The notes beneath the pieces are model-generated. The model did no database searches. It had not been told where the DNA came from and saw only the letters and a program-made list of their open reading frames with translations. The position numbers and the translations under genes are program-made. From positions 384,001 to 448,000 of the forward strand of contig OY968796.1 in the NCBI GenBank assembly GCA_963695545.1: DNA of 64,000 nucleotides, written 5' to 3'. The first letter of the stretch is position 1. Every line of letters begins with the position of its first letter. The DNA comes from Terriglobia bacterium (GTDB lineage: Bacteria > Acidobacteriota > Terriglobia > Acidiferrales > UBA7541). Below, piece after piece: positions 56,609 to 64,000 of the stretch.

Positions 56609-58039
56609 ATGCCCGCTCGATTCTCAATTTCGTCCGCCTCGCTGCACGTTTGTGCGGCGCTCTCCGCGATTTTTCTCGCCGCGCAACCGCCCGCAGCTTC
56701 GGCCCAATCACCCGCGGTTCCTGTAGCCGCGCCTGACGCATCATCCAACGCAGGACCCGTGACGCTTTTCCCGCACTCGGACTCGCATCGCTGGTGGATT
56801 TCTGGCCAAGGCAACGTCGTGTTCCAGTGGCATCCCGCGTTCCCCGCGAAATACAGCGGACCCAATAGCCTCACGCCCGAAGCCCAGAGCGCCACCACCC
56901 ACGTTCTCTCGCTCTATCTCGGCTTCGAAGTCTCGCACAACACCGAAGTGCTCGCCGACGTCGAGGACGCCACCGGCGGCGGCATCGGCACCTCGGTCGG
57001 CCTCGCCGGCATCACCGACCTCGACTCCGTTCGTACCGTGCAGGGCGTGCAGCTCTCGCGAGCCCCTTACCTCGCGCGGCTGATGCTCCGGCAGATCATT
57101 CCGCTCTCGAAGCAGCGCGTCTCCGCCGACCGCGATTTCCTCGACCTCGCCACTTCCCTGCCCGTGCGACGCCTGGAATTTCGCGTCGGGAAATTCGATT
57201 TGGCCGATTTCCTCGACAACAATTCCGGCGGCACCGATAGCCATCTGCAATTTCTGAATTGGACCGTGGACGACGACGGCGCCTGGGACTACGCCGCCAA
57301 CACGCGCGGCTATACCGATGGCGCCATGATCGAATACGACGATCACCTCTGGTCCGTCCGCTTCGCCGAAGCGCTCATGCCCAAGGTCGCCAACGGCATA
57401 CATCTCGACGCCGATCTCGCGCGCTCGCGTTCGGAAAATCTCGAGCTCGAATACGGCAGCGGATTCCTGCATCACCGCGAAGGCGCCATCCGCGTCCTAG
57501 CCTACGTGAACACCGCGGACATGGGAAATTATCGCGAGGCCATCGAAGAGTACGACGCCCACGAAGTGACCGTTCCAAGCATCATCGCCACGCGCCGCGA
57601 AGGCCGCAATAAATATGGCTTCGAGCTAAATCTCGAACAGGATCTCACCGCGCACTTCGGCGTCTTCAGCCGCCTCGGCTGGAGCGACGGCCGCAACGAA
57701 TCTTTCGCCTACACCGAAGACGACCGCACCGGCGAGTTCGGCGATTATTTTCGCGGCAGTTGGTGGCGCCGCGCAAACGATCGCGCCGGCACCGTCTTCG
57801 TAATCAATGGAATCTCAGGCGATCATCGCGTCTACCTCGCCGATGGCGGCCTCGGTTTCCTCCTCGGCGATGGCGCCCTCACCTACGGCCAGGAAAAAAT
57901 CTTTGAGGGGTACTACACCGTGCACATGTGGCGCGGCCTGTTCGCCGCCTTCGACGCGCAGCACATCAACAATCCCGGCTACAACATGGCCCGCGGCCCT
58001 GTAGTAGTCCCCGGCCTCCGCCTCCACGCCGATTTTTGA
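56609..58039 (+). CDS. OprB-family (carbohydrate or metal) porin
   Basis: Signal peptide, YSGPNSL, FLNW...GAWDYAANTRGYT, GGLGFLLGDG.L.YG.E, C-terminal NPGYN..RGPV...RLHADF. Start uncertain. Confidence 0.82.
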   Translation: MPARFSISSASLHVCAALSAIFLAAQPPAASAQSPAVPVAAPDASSNAGPVTLFPHSDSHRWWISGQGNVVFQWHPAFPAKYSGPNSLTPEAQSATTHVLSLYLGFEVSHNTEVLADVEDATGGGIGTSVGLAGITDLDSVRTVQGVQLSRAPYLARLMLRQIIPLSKQRVSADRDFLDLATSLPVRRLEFRVGKFDLADFLDNNSGGTDSHLQFLNWTVDDDGAWDYAANTRGYTDGAMIEYDDHLWSVRFAEALMPKVANGIHLDADLARSRSENLELEYGSGFLHHREGAIRVLAYVNTADMGNYREAIEEYDAHEVTVPSIIATRREGRNKYGFELNLEQDLTAHFGVFSRLGWSDGRNESFAYTEDDRTGEFGDYFRGSWWRRANDRAGTVFVINGISGDHRVYLADGGLGFLLGDGALTYGQEKIFEGYYTVHMWRGLFAAFDAQHINNPGYNMARGPVVVPGLRLHADF

Positions 58040-58081
58040 AAAGTGCTTTCCTGATTTTTCACCGCGAGGATACGCTGGTGC

Positions 58082-58158
58082 TGGCGGGGCTGGCCGGAGT
58101 TGAACCGGCGACCTAGAGTTTAGGAAACTCTCGCTCTATCCATCTGAGCTACAGCCCC
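58082..58158 (-). tRNA. tRNA-Arg (anticodon CCT)
   Basis: GGGGCTGTAGCTCAGATGGATAGAGCGAGAGTTTCCTAAACTCTAGGTCGCCGGTTCAACTCCGGCCAGCCCCGCCA folds as a cloverleaf with anticodon loop TT-CCT-AA and encoded CCA. Confidence 0.96.
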
Positions 58159-58207
58159 GAGGTCTTTCATTCTACCCGAAATTCTTCTGCGTTTTCCGCA
58201 CCGCGCG

Positions 58208-59518
58208 TCACGCGGCGTTCGCAGCGAGCGACAGCGATTCCTCGATGATGTCGTAAACGAAATTCAGCTCCGCATACGAAATCGCATAAGGCGGGAGAAC
58301 GTACACCACATTGCCCAGCGGCCGCAGCAACACTCCGCGGCGCAAATAAAATTCGTACAGCTTCGGCCGCAGCGCAGAAAGATATCCGGGATCAGCCACG
58401 GCAAGCTCAATCGCGCCGACCGATCCGATGTGCCGCACGTCTCCGACTTCAGGCCGCTCGCGGAGCCGCGCCAGTCGGTCGATGTGCACGCGCTCGATCG
58501 CCGCGATGCGCTCGAACACCGGCTCGGACGCAAAAATATCGAGATTCGCATTGGCCGCGGCGCAGGCGATCGGATTGCCCGTGTAAGAATGACCGTGGAA
58601 AAAAGCGCGCTCGCGCGGCCCGCCGCGAAAGGCCTGCGCGATCCGATCCGTCACGATCGTGGCCGCAAGCGCCAGGAAACCGCCGGTAATGCCCTTCGAG
58701 ACGCACATCAAGTCCGGCGAAACGCCCGCGCGCTCGCACGCGAACATTTTCCCCGTGCGCCCAAAGCCTGTCAGCACCTCATCGGCAATAAGCAGCACGT
58801 CGTGGCGCGCGGCGAGATCGCGCACGCCGGCCAGAAATTCCTCGGGATGCACGATCATTCCGCCCGCCGCCTGCAGCAGCGGCTCCACAATGATCGCGGC
58901 GATCGTGCCGCTCTCTTCTTCCAGCAAATGCCGCAGTTGATCGAGGCACTCGATGTGGCAGGTCGCGCGGATTTTTCCCACGGGGCAGCGGTAGCAATAC
59001 GCGGAATGCGTGCGCAGCACCGGCACGCGCAGCGCATCGAACGCCGCGGTGAAGGGCGAATCGTCGCTCACCGACATCGCGCCGACCGTATCCCCGTGAT
59101 ACGCGTGTTCGAGCGCGACGATGCGATTTTTCTCCGGCCGACCGACGTTGCTCCAATACTGCACCGCCAACTTCAGCGCCACCTCCACCGCCGTCGAGCC
59201 ATCGTCGGAAAAGAAAACGTGCTCCAAACCGGCCGGCACAACCAACCGCAGCCGCGCCACCAGCTCTTCAGCCGGCTCGTGCGTAAATCCCGCGAAGATC
59301 ACGTGCTCCAGCACGCTCGCTTGCCGCGCAATCGCTTCGGCAATCGCCGGATGTCCGTGGCCGTGCAGATTCACCCACCACGACGAAATCGCATCCAGAA
59401 TCTGCCGCCCGTCTTCGGTTTCGATGTAGACGCCCTTCGCGCTGCGCACGTGCAACGGCGGCGGATCGCTGCCCAGTTGCGTGAACGGATGCCAGATTTG
59501 AAGTGGAGAAGTCTTCAT
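58208..59518 (-). CDS. bioA: Adenosylmethionine-8-amino-7-oxononanoate aminotransferase
   Basis: IWHPFTQ, DAISSWWVNLHGH, DDGSTAVEVALK, YHGDT, DEVLTGFGRTG, SKGITGG, HGHSYTGNP, LRPLGN. Confidence 0.96.
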   Translation of the reverse strand: MKTSPLQIWHPFTQLGSDPPPLHVRSAKGVYIETEDGRQILDAISSWWVNLHGHGHPAIAEAIARQASVLEHVIFAGFTHEPAEELVARLRLVVPAGLEHVFFSDDGSTAVEVALKLAVQYWSNVGRPEKNRIVALEHAYHGDTVGAMSVSDDSPFTAAFDALRVPVLRTHSAYCYRCPVGKIRATCHIECLDQLRHLLEEESGTIAAIIVEPLLQAAGGMIVHPEEFLAGVRDLAARHDVLLIADEVLTGFGRTGKMFACERAGVSPDLMCVSKGITGGFLALAATIVTDRIAQAFRGGPRERAFFHGHSYTGNPIACAAANANLDIFASEPVFERIAAIERVHIDRLARLRERPEVGDVRHIGSVGAIELAVADPGYLSALRPKLYEFYLRRGVLLRPLGNVVYVLPPYAISYAELNFVYDIIEESLSLAANAA

Positions 59519-59536
59519 CGCGCGCGCCGCGCGGCC

Positions 59537-60208
59537 CTAGCCCGCCGCCGCGGGCTTGGCGCCGGTGTCGAGAAGCGCCGCGCGATCGAAGTAGCGCTCG
59601 AAGGCGTGCAGAAGCGCGGCGCGGTTCAGCGGCTGCGTCCACGGAATGCGCCCGAGCACGCGCGTCGCGCCATAGTGCTCGATGGCGCGCCGATTTTCAT
59701 CGTGCGCGTCGCCGACGAAAACTACGCCGCGCACTTCAAGATGCGCCGCACGCAGCGCCGCGAGCGTCAGCGATGTGTGATTGATCGTGCCCAGCGTGCT
59801 GCGCGCCGCAACCAGCACAGGCAGACCGACGCGGCGCATCAGATCCACCATCGTCTCGTTCTCATTGATCGGCACGAGCACGCCGCCCGCGCCTTCAACG
59901 ATCCACGTGCGCGCAGCATCGGCGGATTCCGCGGGAGGCCATGCCAAAGTATCCAATCGAATCCGCACGCCCGCTTCGCGCGCCGCCAGATGCGGCGAAA
60001 CCGGCGGCTCGAAGCAATACGCTTCGGGCAAGAGGCGCTCGTCGGAAACTTTTGCGAGACGCCGCACCGTTTCGCGATCCGTTCCTTCGATCGAACCCGT
60101 CTGTATCGGCTTCCAGTAAATGGCGTCGAGCGCAGCCACCAGCAGCGCCGAGAGCGCCGTCTTGCCCACCCCGGTATCTGTGCCCGTGATGAAAAAACCT
60201 TTCGTCAA
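59537..60208 (-). CDS. bioD: Dethiobiotin synthase
   Basis: FITGTDTGVGKT, YWKPIQTG, SPHLAA, VEGAGGVLVP, LGTINHT. Confidence 0.96.
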   Translation of the reverse strand: MTKGFFITGTDTGVGKTALSALLVAALDAIYWKPIQTGSIEGTDRETVRRLAKVSDERLLPEAYCFEPPVSPHLAAREAGVRIRLDTLAWPPAESADAARTWIVEGAGGVLVPINENETMVDLMRRVGLPVLVAARSTLGTINHTSLTLAALRAAHLEVRGVVFVGDAHDENRRAIEHYGATRVLGRIPWTQPLNRAALLHAFERYFDRAALLDTGAKPAAAG

Positions 60209-60267
60209 TTTCTCACCTCAATCTTTCGCGCGCCGCGCTCGTTCTCATCGCGCGCGGCGCAGTGTTG

Positions 60268-61443
60268 TCACGACGCCGTGCGCCCGCCCGCCGGCGTCGC
60301 GCTCGCCGCGCGGCTCGATTGCGCCGCGGCCGAAGCGATCTCCGCCGCGAGTTCGCCCAGCACAGCTTCCGTGTGCCGCGCCGTTATCGAAAGTCGCAGC
60401 CGCGCCGTTCCTTGCGGCACCGTCGGCGGACGAATCGCGCGCACGCCGAAGCCCGCCCCGCGCAGCCGCCGCGCCACGCGCACGGCGCGTTCGTTCCCAC
60501 CCAGCATCACCGGCACGATCGGCGAAGGCGAGTCGGCCACATGCAATCCCTCGCGGCGCAATTCCGTGCGCAGAAATTGTGCCAGACCGATCACGCGCGC
60601 CCGCTCCGCATCCGCGCGCGAAGCAATCTCAAATCCCGCGCGCACGTGCGCCGCAAAATATGGAGGCAGCGCCGTGCTGAAAATAAAAGTGCGCGCGCGA
60701 TTCATCAGATAGTTGCACAGCGTCTCGGACCCGCACACAAACGCGCCCGAAGCGGCCAGCGCTTTGCCACACGTGAAAATCGCGGCCAACACGCGCCCCG
60801 GCAATCCGGCCGCCGCCACCAGCCCGCGTCCCTGCGGACCGAACACGCCGACGGCGTGCGCTTCGTCCACGATCAGCTCGGCCTCATATCGCTCCGCAAG
60901 TTGCGCCAATTCCGCAAGCGGCGCGAGATCGCCTTCCATGCTAAAAACGCTTTCGAGCACGATGAATCGCCCGCCCGCTGCCGAAGAATCGCGCAGCGCG
61001 TTCTCAAGAAATTCGAGATCGAGATGCGGAAACACCACGCGCCGCGCTTTCGCAAGCCGCATTCCGTCGATCAAGCTCGCATGGTTCGCGCTGTCGGAGA
61101 AAACCGTGTCATCCGGCCCGAGCAGGCTTGCGAGCAATCCGACGTTGGCGAGATATCCCGAAGTGAAATACAACGCCGCTTCAGTGCCAACAAAGCGCGC
61201 GAAATCGGATTCGAGCGCCATCCAGCGCTCGGAGTTTCCAGAGAGCAGACGCGAACCAGTGGACGCAGCAAGTTCGGAAGAAGCCAGCGCCGCGGCCACA
61301 GCCTGCTTGATGCGCACATCGGAGGCCAATCCGAGATAATCGTTCGAGGAAAAATCCAGGCTGTGCGTCGTCTCAAGCGAGCGAAGCTGCGATTCCCGCT
61401 CGAGTTCGGCCAGTTCGCGGCTCAACCGTTCGGCGATTCGCAC
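60268..61443 (-). CDS. bioF: 8-amino-7-oxononanoate synthase
   Basis: FSSNDYLGLA, GSRLLSG, NHASLIDG, ESVFSMEGD, VDEAHA, TCGKA, IRPPTVP. Confidence 0.95.
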   Translation of the reverse strand: MRIAERLSRELAELERESQLRSLETTHSLDFSSNDYLGLASDVRIKQAVAAALASSELAASTGSRLLSGNSERWMALESDFARFVGTEAALYFTSGYLANVGLLASLLGPDDTVFSDSANHASLIDGMRLAKARRVVFPHLDLEFLENALRDSSAAGGRFIVLESVFSMEGDLAPLAELAQLAERYEAELIVDEAHAVGVFGPQGRGLVAAAGLPGRVLAAIFTCGKALAASGAFVCGSETLCNYLMNRARTFIFSTALPPYFAAHVRAGFEIASRADAERARVIGLAQFLRTELRREGLHVADSPSPIVPVMLGGNERAVRVARRLRGAGFGVRAIRPPTVPQGTARLRLSITARHTEAVLGELAAEIASAAAQSSRAASATPAGGRTAS

Positions 61444-61455
61444 GCGGTGAAGACC

Positions 61456-62445
61456 TCAGGCGCGCGCCAAAGGCTCAAGGCCCAATTGGCGCATCAACTC
61501 GTAATCGTCATCGGGCTCGGGATTGGGCGTGGTCAGCAATTTATCGCCGATGAAAAGTGAATTCGCACCGGCCACGAAGCACAGCGCGACGGCTTCGCGC
61601 GAAAGCGAGCGCCGCCCCGCGCTCAATCGCACCATGGACGCGGGCATCAAAATGCGCGCCGTAGCGATCACGCGCACCAGCGCCAGCGGATCGATCGCTT
61701 CGCGCTCGCCGAGTGGCGTGCCCCCGACGGGCACCAGCACGTTGATCGGCACGCTTTCCGGATGCGGATCGAGCGTCGCAAGCTGCCACAGCAAACCGAG
61801 GCGATCTTCGTCGGATTCGCCCATGCCGAGAATGCCGCCGCAGCACACCGTGATTCCTGCGCGGCGCACGGCGTCGAGCGTGCGCAGCCGGTCGTCGTAT
61901 CGCCGCGTGGTGATGATGCTGCCGTAAAATTCCGGCGACGTGTCGAGATTATGGTTGTACGCAGTCAATCCGGCCGCGGCCAAACGCTCGGCCTGCGAAG
62001 AATCGATCATGCCGAGCGAGCAGCAGACTTCCATGCCGAGCGCCGCAACGTCGCGCACAATCTCGAGCACGCGATCGAAGTCCGGACCGTCCTGCACTTG
62101 CCGCCACGCCGCGCCCATGCAAAATCGCGTCGCGCCTTCTTCGCGGGCCGCGCGCGCAAAATTCAAGACTTCCCCGCGATCCATCAGCGCGCCGCGCTCG
62201 ACGCCGGTCGAATAATGCGCGCTCTGCGGACAATACGCGCAATCTTCCGGACACCCGCCCGTCTTGATCGAAAGCAGACGGCACAATTGCACTTTGTTGG
62301 CTGGATGAAAACGCCGATGCAGTCCCTGCGCCTCGAAAAGCAATTGCGGCAGCGGCTGCGCGTGAACGCGCCGAATCTCATCGCGCGTCCAATCGTGCCG
62401 CAGGGGATTAGAGTCCGCCGCGATCGCTGCACCGTGCTCAGCCAA
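61456..62445 (-). CDS. bioB: Biotin synthase
   Basis: [57 protein letters not shown] start after GGGAGG. Confidence 0.96.
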   Translation of the reverse strand: MAEHGAAIAADSNPLRHDWTRDEIRRVHAQPLPQLLFEAQGLHRRFHPANKVQLCRLLSIKTGGCPEDCAYCPQSAHYSTGVERGALMDRGEVLNFARAAREEGATRFCMGAAWRQVQDGPDFDRVLEIVRDVAALGMEVCCSLGMIDSSQAERLAAAGLTAYNHNLDTSPEFYGSIITTRRYDDRLRTLDAVRRAGITVCCGGILGMGESDEDRLGLLWQLATLDPHPESVPINVLVPVGGTPLGEREAIDPLALVRVIATARILMPASMVRLSAGRRSLSREAVALCFVAGANSLFIGDKLLTTPNPEPDDDYELMRQLGLEPLARA

Positions 62446-62570
62446 GTAGCGCCTCCCGAATGCGTCGCCCGGCATTGTAGCGCAGAACCGCGGCGCGCGC
62501 GGAGTCGTCGTCGAGCGGTACAATTGAGCGGCAAAGCCTTGTATAGTTGAGGGAGTACAATTTTACGACT

Positions 62571-63617
62571 ATGGCGGCCAGCGTCAAAACCCGGCGACGT
62601 TTGCGTTCGCTGCGCACACGCGCACGCGAAATGCGCGGGGTCGTGTGGGGATTGCTCTCAACGCGCCATCCCCTGCTGGTGCACATCATCCCGATCCGCC
62701 GCTGCAATCTTGCCTGTACTTACTGCAACGAATTCGACGATTTTTCCGACCCGGTGCCGCTCGACGAAATGAAGCATCGCCTCGATCTGCTCGCAAACAT
62801 GGGCGCGGCCGTGGTCACCATCAGCGGCGGCGAACCGCTGCTGCACCCGCAGCTCGATGAAATCATCGCGCACATGCGCCGCCGCGGCATGCTCTCTGGC
62901 CTAATCACCAACGGCTATCTGCTCACAGCCGAGCGCATCGAGCGCCTGAATCGCGCGGGCCTCGAATATCTGCAGATCAGCGTGGACAACGTGCAGCCGG
63001 ACGAAGTCTCGAAGAAAAGCCTGAAGGTGCTCGATCAGAAATTGAAACTTCTGGCCGAAAACGCCGTGTTTCAGGTGAATATCAATTCCGTGCTCGGCAG
63101 CGGCGTGAAAAATCCCGAAGACGCTCTGACCGTGGCGCGCCGCGCGCAAGAATTCGGATTCACCAGCACCGTCGGCATCCTGCACGACGGCGCGGGCCAA
63201 TTGAAACCGCTGGGCACGCGCGAGCAGCAAATTTTTGAAGAAATCATGGCCATGGGCAAGCGCTCGTTCGCGCGCCTGAACGGTTTCCAGCACAACATCG
63301 CGCGCGGCAAGCCGAACGAGTGGCGCTGCCGCTCGGGTTCGCGCTACCTCTACATTTGCGAGGACGGCCTGGTCCACTGGTGCTCGCAGCAGCGCGGCTA
63401 TCCGGGAATTCCCCTCGCGCAATACACCGCCGCCGATCGCCGCCGCGAATATTTCACCGTGAAGCCGTGCGCCCCGCGCTGCACCGTCTCCTGCGTGCAG
63501 CAAATCGCCGTGGTCGATAACTGGCGCGGCGCCCAATCGCTCAAACCGCAGGCCGCGCCTCCTCCCCCGGCTCCTCTCGTGCAATTGACAGGCGTCGGCT
63601 CCCGCCCGCCCGAATAG
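62571..63617 (+). CDS. Radical SAM protein with a C-terminal Cys-rich (twitch/SPASM-like) domain
   Basis: [21 protein letters not shown], and C-terminal CRSG...HWC...CAPRCTVSC. Confidence 0.88.
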   Translation: MAASVKTRRRLRSLRTRAREMRGVVWGLLSTRHPLLVHIIPIRRCNLACTYCNEFDDFSDPVPLDEMKHRLDLLANMGAAVVTISGGEPLLHPQLDEIIAHMRRRGMLSGLITNGYLLTAERIERLNRAGLEYLQISVDNVQPDEVSKKSLKVLDQKLKLLAENAVFQVNINSVLGSGVKNPEDALTVARRAQEFGFTSTVGILHDGAGQLKPLGTREQQIFEEIMAMGKRSFARLNGFQHNIARGKPNEWRCRSGSRYLYICEDGLVHWCSQQRGYPGIPLAQYTAADRRREYFTVKPCAPRCTVSCVQQIAVVDNWRGAQSLKPQAAPPPPAPLVQLTGVGSRPPE

Positions 63618-63853
63618 CCGCATTTCTTCGCTCTCTGTTCGCCTTTTGTTGCGGCTACGGAACACTGTACCTCGCCGTCGTTGACGCTTGGCCCCACAGG
63701 CGCTATCAATGAATCAGACGCGGCGACCCAGCTGCCCCGACCGGGCGTTGGATGTTTGCCCCGAGGCCTGCGAGGTTTCTCGCCAGTTACCCCGCCGGGC
63801 CGCCCAACGCCGTCTCTGTCAGACCGCCGAAGGCACTCTTCGCGTCACTAATT

Positions 63854-64000
63854 GTGTCCTCACTAACCAAAGCCGGCCGCTACGAGCTGCTTGAAGAGCT
63901 CGGTCGCGGAGCTATGGGCATCGTCTATCGCGCCAAGGATCCCGTCATCGGCCGCGACGTCGCGGTGAAAACGATCAAGCTCGTCGAGGCCGGAACCGGC
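63854..64000 (+). CDS. Ser/Thr protein kinase (Hanks type), 3'-truncated by the window edge
   Basis: My own translation: MSSLTKAGRYELLEELGRGAMGIVYRAKDPVIGRDVAVKTIK, showing the Gly-rich loop and the VAVK lysine. Confidence 0.9.
   Translation, partial: MSSLTKAGRYELLEELGRGAMGIVYRAKDPVIGRDVAVKTIKLVEAGTG

Noticed and set aside
58082..58208. tRNA-Arg as an integration site of a genomic island
   Set aside because: No integrase and no duplicated tRNA 3' end were seen. Flanking genes have host-like composition.
62474..62561. TTGTA...TACAA elements as a BirA operator
   Set aside because: Half-sites and spacing do not fit TGTAAAC-N14/15-GTTTACA. The TACAAT hexamers are better explained as -10 boxes of divergent promoters.
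1..64000. CRISPR array, transposase, prophage or known riboswitch
   Set aside because: No regularly spaced repeats, mobile-element proteins or recognisable riboswitch consensus found by eye. A covariance-model scan was not possible.

Overview
GC-rich bacterial chromosomal segment. Gene content and protein families suggest Acidobacteriota (inference). It is mostly core or metabolic: lepA; sucC-sucD-ndk, DUF2905, xseA; msrB; M1 peptidase; class IV aminotransferase; FHA-GAF-PP2C phosphatase; GH2; DUF1800; a TetR-TolC-HlyD-ABC (YbhFSR-like) exporter; an SSS symporter with a Tat-exported P1 peptidase; ilvD-ilvB-ilvN-ilvC; Prx, MBL-rhodanese and an Hsp70-like gene; pheA-aroF; LysR; gltB; an OprB-type porin; tRNA-Arg(CCT); bioBFDA; a radical SAM gene; and the start of a Ser/Thr kinase. 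I found no transposase, integrase, prophage or CRISPR array. The most interesting signals are non-coding and absent from the ORF track. (1) A complete ribosome-mediated attenuator precedes pheA-aroF, and its 28-aa leader peptide contains Tyr, Phe and Trp control codons, which suggests a sensor for all three aromatic amino acids. (2) A Leu/Val-rich leader attenuator precedes ilvD. (3) Two single-gene inserts are each bracketed by a duplicated sigma70 promoter core. (4) Several genes appear leaderless, and a perfect 13-bp operator overlaps the tetR promoter and start codon.
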